NCBI RefSeq assembly: GCF_006345805.1
Contig: NC_042998.1
Location: 183,024,001-183,088,000, forward strand
Reading direction: 5' to 3'
DNA: 64,000 nucleotides
From: Octopus sinensis
Taxonomy: Eukaryota
This document shows positions 50,986 through 64,000 of the stretch, in pieces. Position numbers and translations under genes: made by a program. Under the pieces are notes generated by a model, which was not told the DNA's origin, made no database searches, and worked only from the letters and a program-made list of their open reading frames with translations. Each line of letters opens with the position of its first letter. Position 1 is the stretch's first letter.

Positions 50986-51602
50986 CACAATTATTATTAT
51001 TGTTGTTTTTATTATTATTATTATCATTATTATTAAGGCAGAAGCTGGCAGAATTGTTAGTGCATAGAACAAAATATTTAGCCGTAATTTGTCTGTCTTA
51101 CATCCTGAGTTCAAACTCTGCCAAAGTTTCAGGGTTGATTAAATGAGTATCAGCTGAGCACTGAAATCAATGTTATCAGCTAGTTCCTCCACCAAAATCT
51201 CAGGCCTTGTCACTATAATACAAAGGATTTTATTATTACATTTTCCAGTTTTTTTGTTTTTTTTTGTAACTATTTAATATATTGTTACTTTTTCCCTACA
51301 CATAAGGTAAGTAATGTTTCATTTATAATTAACCTTTGATTTTGTTTATTGATCATTGCATTAATTTATTCTTTGCTAAAATTAAATATATGCAAAATAG
51401 GTCCCTATACATGCTTTTTTGATTTTTTTTTTTTCAGTACATATTTTAAATATCAACGTTTATTTCTACAGGCTGTTACTACTTTAGCTATGAAAAATAT
51501 TCTTTTTCACTGTTTATTATTCATACAGTTGTTTTTGTTCCCCTTTCTTTCTTTCTGTCTCTCAAAATTTTTGAGATAATCCATCTTTATTTCTTTTTAC
51601 AG

Positions 51603-51608
51603 CATCGG
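51603..51608 (+). CDS. slo: Candidate 6-nt Slo1 microexon CATCGG (adds two residues, Ala-Ser with the upstream G)
   Basis: ctttatttctttttacag|CATCGG|gtaaga. Strong acceptor and donor 6 nt apart, frame-preserving in phase 1. No transcript evidence available. Confidence 0.55.
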
Positions 51609-52429
51609 GTAAGAAAATACAGCACTTTGTAACTATTATGGTTAGATGGCAGTAATATGCCACACACATCTTGTGCTTTATTTAATGCATTTAAATCACT
51701 GTGGTTATTGTTGTTGTGGTTTCAACCATTGTATCTTTTGATTTTTAATAGTTAGTGAAAATATGCCAGTAGTTGAATGGTATAATAGCCCTTTGTTTGC
51801 ATGAATTGGATTTACCCTTTAGTTTTGTGTATGTGTGTGTGTGTGTGTGTATGCGGATATATATGTTTATATATTTGAGTTTTTTTCTCAGTTTATGTTT
51901 TATGGCTTTTGTAAGTTGAATAAATGATATCATCACAGTTTATATTAGATATAACAAACCTATGCCAGACACTGTACACACACTAACCCAAAGGTATATT
52001 CAGCACTTTTATGCTTTGTTCCACAAAATATAGAAGATAGATACTCACCGTATTTAGTCTTGTGTATGCTGTACCCTATACTTTGCATGGAAAAGCTGAT
52101 GCAAATTTTTTATAATCTTAATTCTGCATGGAAGATGAGACTATAAGGGCTAGGGAGCTTTCCAAAATTGTATTACATGTGTACTGTTCTTAGTAGAATT
52201 AAACAATTAAATTTTGAACACATTGATTTAGGAATAACCACATCATGCATAATACATAACCAAAAATTATATTATGATATCAAAGAAAACCATTAAAGCA
52301 AATTTAATAAGTCATCAATTAATGTTCAAGGTTAAGCTCAATTATGAAATTATCAATCAATAACAAAATATTATTAATTACAACTTAAAGAAATCAATGT
52401 TAAAATCAATTTAGAAGTCAGTTAAATGT

Positions 52430-52785
52430 TTCCTCATCACTGATGCTAAAAACGACCTCCTATTTCTTGTTGTATCAAATGTTTGTCTGCATCCTATGAT
52501 GTTGTTAATTCATCCATCTTCTTGTTTTTGGTTGTGTTGGTCATTAACTCACAAATGGTAATCTTCAGAAGCCCTCTTTTTTCAAGAAGCTCTAAATTAC
52601 TATCTCATTTGGAATATCATCCCATGCATTCTTCACCCAGTATTTTATAAGAGACACACTTGATTTCTTGAAGTTGCCATTTTTGGTCAGTTTCTTTTAG
52701 TATGAAGACATTTAAGTCATCTACATCTGACACATTCTATCCTTCAATAACTTATTCAGCACCACATCCTTCAGATGACAGTGAG
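52430..52785 (-). mobile_element. Degraded pogo/Tigger-like DDE transposase C-terminus
   Basis: Minus-strand fragments LKDVVLNKLLKDRM (QPLDVxxNKPFKD-like) and GNFKKSSVSLIKYWVKNAWDDIPNEIVI. Confidence 0.7.
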
Positions 52786-52989
52786 GCAATCCAAGGTTGT
52801 GGTAGAAGACATTTATCCGAGGTGTTGCACAGTAGATGAAGCCTCAGACCACACGAGTGTGAGATGAACTTAGCATTTGGCAATGCTTGTAACATTACAT
52901 ATATGTCTATACTTAGCTAAGCACTTACACATTCACACATACATATACACACATATGCATTCATACATATACACACAGGCCATTCTTGA

Positions 52990-53570
52990 TATGTAGAAAA
53001 GGTGTAGGTAGAAACTCCATAAGAAACTCCAGTGCAAGCAATGGATACATAAGAGGTGCAGTAATATCAGAGGAAGGTTAACAGGGAAAATTGTCTTTGT
53101 GTGTGACAGATGCACAGGTATAATAAACACTAGAAATATACAGAAAATAGATTCTATCAGATGCCAAGTGGGATATCTAGATGATGATAGCTTTCATTAT
53201 CTAGATGACCAAGTCAGCAGCGGAGGTAGATGCCCTGAGAGTGTAGCTGCTAGAATAAGAATAGGTTGGGCAAAGTTCAGAGAGCTTCTACCTTTGTTAA
53301 TAACAAAGGTCCTCTCCTCAGAGTAAAAGACAGATTGTATGATGCCTGTGTGTAAACAGCCATGCTACAAGGCAGTGAAACATGGACTGTGACTGCAGGA
53401 GACATGTGAAAGCTTGAAAGAAATGAATCTAATATGCTCTTCTAGATGTGGAATGGTAGTGTGCATGTATGACAGAGTGTAAGCATCTTAAGAGAAAAAT
53501 TGATTATAAGGGACATCAGTTATGATATGTAAGAGAGATGACTGTGCTGGTATAGTCATGTGATGTGTAT
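52990..53570 (+). mobile_element. Degraded RTE fragment
   Basis: CDRCTG..DSFHYLDDQVSSGGRCPESVAARIRIGWAKFRELLPLL. Confidence 0.8.
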
Positions 53571-55394
53571 TTACTTCGTTATATTGTTTAGTACATCAAA
53601 AGAATTGACATTGTTAATCAATTCAAGTGTTACTTTTTCATTAACTTAATTTCTTTTGATTAAAGTGCTCTGGTTAATTATTATAGAATAATAGAAATTT
53701 AGCTTTAATTAACAGAGATCCAACTAATTATTCTGAGGAAAATATCTTAAGGAAAAACACAGAGAATAGTGAAGATCTCTGCAAAACTTTGGAGGAAAGG
53801 GAAGGCAAAAGGAGAGGAAAGAAAGCAGAGGGGGGGGGGGTAATTGATATATAGAGATAGCCATGATCACGGCAATCATAACCTATAAATGCTTAAATAG
53901 AAAGAAAATTGGGTAAATCTAATGGAGAAAGTAAGCAACACTGTTGGAAGGAAGAAGGTGTTGACATAAACAAATAAATGTGTATACTAGACTAATGGAA
54001 GTAGTTTAGGCTATAATCAATCTCAACATAAAGGATATAAGTTTATGTCAGTTAAATATTGAAATTTAGAGATATCATTTATTTAGCTGTTTTGAAGTTA
54101 TCAGTCAAAAGGCTAGAATTAATGGTTGAAAGATAGAAACAATATTCCTAAACTGAAAACCATGAATCCCAATGTTTCTCATTGTCACATTATTATTGAA
54201 TATAAAATAAGTCAATTGAAATCATATAGGCTATGTAGATAGGTCAGATCACTTGTGATAATTTAAATTTATGAGGAGTATCAAGGAAATGTTAAAAATT
54301 TATAAGAATTGCAAAGACCATATATTTTACAAGTGTTGAAAGAATTTAAAGAATTATAAAGAATTATAAAAGCCATAACTAGAGAGGGTGCAGTAAATAT
54401 TGTAAAGATACCACCTAAGGATAAGAGCAAATAATAAAATTATCTAATTATAATATATATAAAATGACAATCGTTGATATATGCCATTAGAACTAAAGGT
54501 ACACAAACGTAGCTTAAATATGATCAGTTATTAGTATTAAGCTATGCTAGGCTATTTAATTATAATCAATGACTCTTATCATTAGTAATTAAGGTCTGTA
54601 TTGTAGGTTATAGATATGTATCTAGACTCAGAGAACACTTTATAGAATTGGTTTAAAGTATAAGAAAGTTCTATGGATAGAATGTAAGCATTTGATCCTT
54701 AATTCATCTGATCTATTAACAGTTTAAGATTTCTAACAGTTCCTAACAGCAAAGATTGTAATCATATCTATCACTTACATAAGTCTTAGCATGTCTAACA
54801 ACATTTCACGTTAGAGGGTCCTCAATATTTTAGTCCTTTAACTCCCAGACTTTCACAGAGAGCAATATTGTTTCCACTTTATCTCTCCTTGCAAATGTGT
54901 GTTATATATCTTGATTTAAAATTAGAGGAAGTGGATCCTACATAAGTGAAAATATATGGATTAGTTTTACCATTGCATTTATATACAAGGTTTTAATCAG
55001 GTATTTATTTCCTAGAATTTCTTCTAAAAATTGCATAATCTAGTTAATGTCAGGATGGAAATATTGTGGGTTACATAACTTATACCACTATGCAGTACAC
55101 AGCCATTATCAGTAGAGTGTGCAGTAGCCACTCCATCAACACTTACATTACCATGATTTGTACTGTTGCTTTGTATATATGCACATATACACAAAAATAT
55201 ATGTATGCATACATCATATCAAAACCAAGTAATATAAGTGAAACTCCATTGGGTTTGACAATAAATATTTACGAGACCTATTGAGTCAAGTACATCAACA
55301 TCAAAATAAAAATCAAATGGAAATTGTAGTTGTGATACCCATGCTGGTGGCACTTAAAAAGGAAAATCCGAACGTGGTTAATGCCAGCACCGCC

Positions 55395-55657
55395 TTGACT
55401 GGCATGCGTGCTGGTGGCATGTAAAAGGCACCAACCGATTGTGGCCGTTGTCAGCCTCCTCTGGCCCCTGTGCCGGTGGCACGTAAAAAGCACCCATTAC
55501 ACTCACAGAATGGTTGGTATTAGGAAGGGCATCCAGCTGTAGAAACACTGCCAGATTAGACTAGAGCCTGGTGCAGCCTCCAGGCTTCCCAGACCCCGGT
55601 TGAACCGTCCAACCCATGCTAGCATGGAAATTAGATGTTAAACGATGATGATGATGA
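55395..55657 (+). mobile_element. RTE 3'-end copy
   Basis: Reverse orientation of the 6945 family, ending in ccatgctagcatggaaa...(GAT)n. Confidence 0.8.
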
Positions 55658-58600
55658 ATTGTTCAATCAACTGAACTTACCAAAGTACTCAATATGCACC
55701 CATACACGGAACATAGTATATAATTTTGTATCTAGGAATTTGGACACCACAATCTTCATGAGACTTTTGAAGTAGATCCATATATAAAAGATAAGTTTGC
55801 TTTTCCTACAAACCATAAAACCATGGTATAGGAAAAACCAAATGCACTAAATATATATACATATGTATGTGCATACACTTGTATGTACAAGCACATGCAA
55901 TAATTATGGCTAGCCTATTTGTTTCAAAAATAATAAAACTTGTCTTTGTGTTCCCATAATTAATGTAATAATTATAAATTATATAAGCTTTAATTACATG
56001 GTTTGGTGTTTCATTTGTAGATTAGTTTAGAAATACATTATTAACATTCTAGATTGCAAATTTTGGTACTGATGTTGTTTAGTTGGTTTTATTTGTCATA
56101 GATTTTTAATACCAAAATACCCTATGGAATATTCAACAATGTGGGAATATATATTCCCATAGTGAACCTTGTTCACTATGAAAGAAGAGAAAATCATGGA
56201 ATTAAATACTATGAGGTTTGTGGAACAATTGTATCAGCAAAAATAAAGAAAGGTGCAATGAGATCTCTGGTAGATTGACTGAAAGCTGAATTTTAAGTGT
56301 AACACATAAGGCAGAATGGCTTAGAATATCAGAAATCATGACTTTAGCCAGAAATTTTTCAAATGGCACATAGATGTTGTTGGCAGAATTAGTGATAGTA
56401 TAATTACTAGGAGGTTGGAATTAAGGATTTTATAGTGACTATGATGTAGATAGGAGATAATTTTATAGAAGTGATATTGCAAAAAAATAAAGATATATTT
56501 TTACCATGCAAAAACCAGATTATGTAGCTAATGTTAAGAAGTGTTATCCTGTAATTTTAGCAAAACATGAGCAATGAAAGAGAAATTGAACTTTGTCTGT
56601 AAGATGGTTATTGCTAATTTAATATTAAAGACTATACAAGTATTCAAGAAAGCATTAAGGAACATATAACAAAAGAATATTGAACATGCTAGGTAAAAAG
56701 TGCCATGAGTTTGTGATGACAGGTTCTTATGTTAAAGATAAATTAAGGAATTCCTAGGAAGAATTAGTTCAGAATTCACAATATTTAGCTTCACAATTGG
56801 AGAGGGAATGACACATCATCATCATCATCATCGTTGAACCGTCCAAGAACCAATATAGGTGGAAGAGAGGAGCAAGTGTGTGATAGTAAAAGTAACATCT
56901 TTCCTTCACTGCATTTACCCACTGTCCTTTACCCTCTGCTTCATTTTCCTTCCACTGCCCTCTCCCCACAGCTTCACCTCCTCCAACATCTCTTCCAATC
57001 ATTCTTCCTCTGGTCTACCCTCACAACTCCCACATCTCTCCTTTGATTACTTTCTCAAGATTCCTGTCTACTTTAATTCATTTCTCCTTTTTTTCCAACT
57101 TTCTGTCCATACTAATTTTTTTATGATGTTGGATAACCCTAAATCCCCACACACATCCCACTCATTCACCTTTCAACTCTAACCTCCCATTTTTTCTCAA
57201 CCCCTGTTCCTACTCCCTTTTTTTCCCCTGTTCCTTATCAACTCCTTCCCATCTTTTCATCTTATAATCTCTCATTCCTCTACATAAAATCATTGCTAAC
57301 TCTTAATTGTATGGGCCATTTTCCATCCTTAGCCTTGTAAGTTACAAGACAATTTTCAGTAGGCAAATTTCATAAGAAAAAAAAGACACCCATTACAGTC
57401 TAAAAAGTGGTTATCATCAGGAAATGCATCCACCCATAGAAATTATGCCAGCATAAACATCGGTACATGACACAGTCCTCCAGTTCATCAGATCCACTCA
57501 AACTCTCCAAACCATACCAGCATGAAAGCCAGATGTTAAATGTTGCTGATGTATGTAGTTGGAATGTTAATAGCTGTAACCTGTATGACATAGTGGCTGC
57601 ATGGATGACAGGGTGAAAACTATCCTATAGTCTGAGTCAAAAGAACCTGGACATTCCTTCATAGCATCAGTGTTCCTCATCACTTTTGTGTGTAGAAGAC
57701 AACAGCAGCTGGAGTGTTCATCAATTGTATGCAATGTGTTTACATTACTGATTCAGTATGTTTGTTTTTTTTGTTAACCCATCTCAGATAAGTTACAACA
57801 GTGTTTATGTTAGTCAACATAAACTATGTAGGATGATAACAGGTTTGTTAGCTATATTAACAAACATCAATTCTACAAATCATTTAACATGTGCGATAAG
57901 TTGTTTTAGTAACACATGTTTTTAAAAAAACTGACCCCAATACAGCTGTTCATATTTCATATCTAAGTAATATTAAATGGCTTTATGTATTATTAGCATG
58001 ACTGCAAGATTGTAAGTGGAGACATGTGTGAACAATATGCTTAAATTCAAGAGATTGGTAAGCCTAATAACAGAATAGCTTCTAGTTATACTAATTGAAT
58101 ATAAAATTACAAAGAAGAGTTTTTAACAAGAGAAACAAGTGGCTGCCTTTCTGATTGGTTGACTAGACTAATGTGGTAATTTATAGGAGCAATTGTCTAT
58201 TTAGTAGAGATATGACAAAATTTGCAGCATAGTAGTTGAATAGTAAGATAAAGCTTGGAGTTAAGTTAAAACTTTTATTTGAAACTGAGATCACATACAA
58301 CTCATATTGCTCTCTTTACATATTCGTCTCTTCCCATTCTATTAATTTGAAGGAATAGCTAACTAGATTTCTTAATAGCATTAAAGGTGTGAAATAATTT
58401 CAGTCTTGCTATAACTTTAGTTCAAAATAATCTCTTGCTAACAATACAAACTCAGTTTCTTATGTAGATATTTTACTTTTAAAAATACTGTGTTCCCTAT
58501 CAATACATATATTAACATAAGTAACTAAAGTATTGGACTACTGACTTGTTTGTTATATTTTCTACCTCAGATATTTCAATGTCTTCCACTAGCATTTTTT

Positions 58601-59422
58601 TTTAAATTCTGAAAGCTTTGCTTCATCTAACTCCAGAAATAAATAACAGAGCTTATGACAATGTTATTTATCATACACAAAAGATATTTATGTGCTAAGA
58701 AATTAAAACTACCAAAACAGTTTCTACACCTTTTTAGCAACTGGAAACATCATGTCACTTCATGCTACTCTGTAGATAATTTTGATTGAATCATATACTT
58801 ATGTGGGGGGGGGGGTCTTTAATTGTAAAAATGTCATGATAGAATTCAGTACATAATAAACTTTGTCCTGACTAAAAAGAAATTATGAGTGTAATAGAGA
58901 ATTATGGGTTATTTTTGAAGGCAACACAATCATATCTAGCTGGTGGATTGATACTGAATATTCACTTTAAGAAGAATTCTCTTTAAAATAATCAATATGC
59001 CAACATTCAGATGTGTTGTAGGTTAGGGCCATATTAACCTGATCAAGCAACCCTATGATCAATGTGTGTGTTTTAGTTTTCTGGAGATTTAATGCAAACA
59101 GAATACCCTTATATGCAACAATGTTATTATAATTTTAAAAATTCTAACCATTTATAACAACATATTCTAGTTAAAAATTACTATAGAAAGACAAATAAAT
59201 ACTAAATTCTTAACGAAGCTATAAGTTTCTAAATCTAATAACAAGCTTGTTGACCATACACATGTATAAGCATATGGCCAACATGCATCATATATGACTT
59301 GGAAGCTTACAGTTTGGAATTTAGGATTACATAAGTGATTAGCAGTAATTTGTCACTTTCTATCAATGTAGTAATAACAATATATTAGCATGTGTTTGTC
59401 TCTGTGTATGTGTATATATATA

Positions 59423-59475
<53 letters not shown>

Positions 59476-59527
59476 TATGTATGTATATATGTGTCTATAT
59501 ATATATATATGCATATGTATGTATATA

Positions 59528-59568
<41 letters not shown>

Positions 59569-59624
59569 GTAAATGTGTATATATATATATATATCATCAT
59601 CATCATCATCATTTAACTAGAAAG

Positions 59625-60321
59625 GTTTTGGCCAGTATTGACCCAGGCCATGTCTAACATAATAGCACCACATGGCGATGTCTTTCAATTCAGGATTTGG
59701 GCACCGAGGCCCATTCGAGCAGAGAGTTATTGTTTGCAGAGACATATCCAGGTGTGGGTGGTTTGTCCAGGGCTGCTTGAAGGAATTTGTCCAAAGACTT
59801 CTTGAATTTTGTGTGGTCAGTTTCTGTTTTGATATGTCCTGGTGTAATGCTGAAGAGAGCGGGGCCAATTGAGGTGAAATAATTGTGCTGTATTGTTGTT
59901 ATGAGATGCGATTTAGATTTTTGTTGTGGATGGATGGCATGGGGTCCAAGTCTTGGGTGTATTTTGAAGGTGATGCCAACATCATTTGGACAGTGCTGAT
60001 GGAATATTTTCCACATCATACAGATAATGTAGCGTTCACAGCGTCATTGGAGTGAATACAGTTTCAGCTTTTCTAGTCGACCCCAGTAGTCAAGGTCTGA
60101 CATGCCATCTATCTTTTTCATGATTGACCTTTAGGGAGCTTCAATTTTCATATTTTGTTTCGTGTAGGGAAACCACAGTAGACAGCAGTATTCAAGGTGG
60201 GGTCGGGCAAAAGTGGAGAAGAGAAAGATAGTGGTGTGGGAATCTCTTGACTGGAAGGTTCTGAGAATCCAGGAACACATTCTGCAGGCCAATATATATA
60301 TATATATATATACATATGTAA

Positions 60322-60375
<54 letters not shown>

Positions 60376-60565
60376 AAATGTTTATATATATATATATAGA
60401 GAGAGAGAGAGGTTATGTGAGGTAATGGTGTCAATAAGACCCAAAGGTGTCAGGTAAGACTTATAGTTAAGCTCCAGGTTCGGTGATTATGCGAATGAAG
60501 AGTCCAACGTAGGTCATATATCAGCATGTGTATATATAAAAAGATTTCCAGGCCCCACCCAGATG
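59625..60565 (-). mobile_element. CR1-clade LINE 3' fragment, interrupted by microsatellite
   Basis: Minus strand: DLRWTLH; WILRTFQSRD; RPHLEYCCLLW; LDYWGRLEKLKLYSLQ; FKKSLDKFLQ..DKPPTPGYVSANNNSLLEW. Confidence 0.85.
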
Positions 60566-61305
60566 AACTTATCCAAAGTCAACTCAACAATTATTTTTAA
60601 AATTTTATTTCAGTTGTAATCTACCACTAAATGCATAATCCATATTTAAACAATGGTTATACTCAAAGAAATTCCATTAATGTACTAAGTTTGAATCTAG
60701 TGTCTCGTGAAATTTTTCATTTTAGAATTCAAGAATTCTCTTCCAAATAACTATTGTGTCTGCTTCTAGATTTGTTCCTCTTTAGGCCCTGCTTGGCCCT
60801 GATCAGATACACTTCTGGTTAAATTTGTTCCATTTTGAAAGGTTGGGTATAACATGTCTAGGACTATATTATTTACTGTGACCTTTTTGTTATGATATTT
60901 GAGCTTAAGTGATTCAAATAAAATTGAATGTGGGTCTCATCATTTAATAGTAGAAGCCACAAACATCAATAAATTTGTAAAAGAAGCCTTGTTCAGCATG
61001 CAAGGAACTTCAAAGACTAAGGTTTTAACAAAATAATGGTATTAGTAACAAATATGAAAATATTAAAATTTTAGACAGAAATTATTAAAAATTGGAGAAA
61101 ATTAATCTTTGGTTTAACATGTGATAAATATTAATAAAATCCAGATAAAATAAAAACCATGTGCTTCAGAGAGGAATTATATTCAATATGAAGAAAACCA
61201 TGTATTATCTACCTCCTGTTTTTATCATGTGTAATTTTTTTATGCCTCTGCTTTGAAGGTATGTTATGTTCTCAACTAAACTTCCTTGTTACTTTTTCCC
61301 TTCAG

Positions 61306-61350
61306 CATTACAAAGAAGGTCTGAATTGACACACACAGACAACCAAATAG
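61306..61350 (+). CDS. slo: Candidate 45-nt Slo1 linker exon: (A)LQRRSELTHTDNQI(x)
   Basis: Branch-like actaaac, tract cttccttgttactttttcccttcag and ATAG|gtattc donor. Open in phase 1-1, 15 codons. Confidence 0.65.
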
Positions 61351-61541
61351 GTATTCAAATAGATTTATCACTGCCACTACACATCTCAATCCTTCTCTCT
61401 CTCTCTTCTATGTCTCTTTCTCTCTCCCACTGTGTGTAATTTCACTCTCTTTGCCTCACTTCTGCTTTTCTGGCCTTCACTTGCTCAACTTCACTGTATA
61501 TGTATATTTCGAGGACATTTACAGAGACCTACACATGTGGG

Positions 61542-61572
<31 letters not shown>

Positions 61573-62134
61573 CACATGCATATACTTTTATTTATACACT
61601 ATATATTCATGAATTTTATATATGTATATATAATATGTATGTATGCATATTTTGTGTCTATGCATATATATATATATATATATATACTTCAAAAGTCGTA
61701 CCTCAGCAAGGCTCCAGTTGAATTACTAAAACTGGCAAAAATTAAATGAAATAATATTGCTAACATTAGTCACTCCAACAGAGTACTGAATACAGTTTGT
61801 TATGGAAGTATTCCTAGTCAGCAAAAATATGTATCTATGGGAATCAGGATATGAATCTTTTGTCACTGGTTTCATATCATCCATTTATTCTCACAAACAT
61901 TTGTCAAGCTTTCACTGAAGTTTACAGTGGCCACATTAAGTATTGATGGATGGCAGAGTTTCACATATGTAATACGAGGATTTGAGTACTACTTCTTCTG
62001 CAGTTGTCTCACTAGGAAGATGGTATTCTTGGTACCTTTTCGCAGCACAAAGCCAAACTAAATTCATTTAGCTATCAATCAGGTTATAATTCTTCAAATT
62101 TCATAATCTGTTTCATCAATTTGATCATATTATA

Positions 62135-62317
62135 TATATATAAAACTTAGAAAAAAAAACACCTTTTATCAATTCAAAATGAACAATTAAATTACACCAA
62201 CTAGAAAATTACATATAATAGAAATATATATATATATAATAATAATAATAATAATTTGAGGGAATATTATTTCTAAATTGAATTTTTCCCCGTCAGTTAG
62301 GAATAATATTCCCTCAA

Positions 62318-62333
<16 letters not shown>
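62135..62333. repeat. Short hairpin element, probably related to the 6125/8893 family
   Basis: aataataatttgagggaatattatt is exactly inverted at ~62302-62326. Upstream aaaacaccttttatcaattcaaaatga resembles the aaaaccactatt arm motif. Confidence 0.5.
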
Positions 62334-62334
<1 letters not shown>

Positions 62335-62368
<34 letters not shown>

Positions 62369-62435
62369 GCATGCATGCATACATACATACATACATACAT
62401 ACATACATACATACATACATACATACATACATACA

Positions 62436-62465
<30 letters not shown>
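62335..62465. repeat. (TA)n-(CATG)-(CATA)n microsatellite
   Basis: Direct reading. Many other (TA)n, (CA)n, (CAT)n and (AAT)n tracts occur throughout the window (e.g. 5786-5820, 6056-6128, 30960-31030, 59415-59610). Confidence 0.95.
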
Positions 62466-62468
<3 letters not shown>

Positions 62469-63959
62469 TATACTTGATAAGCTTATTGTATATAGTGTTC
62501 AGGTGCACTACAACTTGTCATAAAAGAGGAGACAGAAAACAGCAATAAGTAAAGAAATCAGCAATAATAGCTTAAAGCAGATGCAGAGCCCACAGAATAA
62601 AACACCTAAACACAGAATTGTAAATGGTAGCATGGAATTTTTGAAGAATGTAGTATCTTGACAGCTAACAACTAATGTAAATAGCTTATTCTATTTTGAA
62701 CATAACAAAAAATGTTTCCAAAAGTCATGGGTGCTGTGTTAATTTTTTGATGTATCAAACATGTTCCCAAGTAATAAAGATGCTGGATCATAAAAGGTGA
62801 CCAAGGTTGTTGTTGGAAAGATAGTGGATAATGTTATGGGGTTTTTTGCCAAGTCACTTACTAAACATTGAAGCTTTAGTGTGTCAGTGCCCAGAGAAGC
62901 AAAGGTCCAAGAATTTGAGAATTTTTCTTTGATAATTTAACTGATTTTCTCAATACAGATCAGGACAATGGCAAAAGAATTAAGTAAAGATGAGTTTTTT
63001 TTTAAGTATCAAAATTAACCCTTTCCAAGCAATGCAAACTTGTCTGATTTTTGGAATTTTATACATGTATATATATAATATATACATGTGTGTGTACATA
63101 TATATGTATACACACACACACACACACAAATATATTAATATATATACATACACAAACATAACCACACACTGTATCAAATTTCATGTATGTATATAGATAG
63201 GAGAGAAACGGTTATCCCTCTATAAGTCAAGGTTTTTCTTTTTAAATTCTAGTTTGTATTGTGTATTGTCCAAAAATGTTGATCGCCTGATCTTGTTGGA
63301 CTTATCTCCCTTAATTATTGCTGTTTAGATCTTAAACATCTCCAGAGACAGATAGTGTCTCTCATAACAAGGATAATCTTAATTAATTGAAGTTTTTCAA
63401 CTCTTTATATTACACATCATGAGACTCTATCATACGTATGCAAATAAGTTGTCAAGCAAATATACATACATTTTGTGTAAATGTTTTTTAGCACATATTC
63501 ATGTAATCACATAAACAAATTTGATATCACAGCATTATCTTTCTCAAAGACTTTCTCCATTCTTTTCTCTTGCCACCCCAACTATATTCTTCCATCTCTT
63601 AATATATTCTAGATACTTGCTTATTCTGTTGTTTCTCATTGTTTCTTGGCAAGACAACTTTTGCATTTCCATCAGTGTTCATCTGGGGATTTGGTTATAT
63701 TGCTTGGTGATTCCTTTCTTTCTTTTTAAGCTATTTTATAGAAAACCTCAATGCTTAAGTAATATCTAATGTATTCCTAATCTTTTGCACATTTTCAGCT
63801 TTCAATTGACTTCTGGAAAAAATATTTGCTTGGTGCTTTCTGGCTTTATCTTATCTCTCTTCACTCCTCTCACCACATTCTCTCTTCCTCATTCTCTCAT
63901 TCTCCATCTGCTTAAACATTTTTGTGAGTTGACTTTTGTATATATATACATATATAAAG

Positions 63960-64000
<41 letters not shown>

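Overview
AT-rich, microsatellite-dense eukaryotic genomic DNA. It is very probably an octopus or other cephalopod; this is inferred from the SINE, RTE and Penelope-type repeat families, not from a database hit. The window is an internal part of a large + strand gene for the BK-type Ca2+-activated K+ channel (slowpoke/Slo1/KCNMA1). Seven constitutive exons (7959-43241) splice in frame through GT-AG introns and encode RCK1 through the CxxCH heme motif. Three short symmetric phase-1 exons follow in the RCK1-RCK2 linker: 36 nt with invertebrate homology, plus candidate 6 nt and 45 nt exons. The N-terminal/pore exons and the RCK2/Ca-bowl exons lie outside the window. Introns are filled with tRNA-derived SINEs, RTE, CR1 and Hero-like LINE fragments, mariner/pogo DNA transposon relics and Penelope-type hairpin elements. 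The most notable features are (i) minimal type I hammerhead ribozyme motifs from three repeat families, with all four sense-strand cores on the Slo1 pre-mRNA strand and two sitting in long near-perfect hairpins, and (ii) a cluster of candidate microexons, including a 6-nt one, at the position equivalent to the vertebrate STREX splice site.
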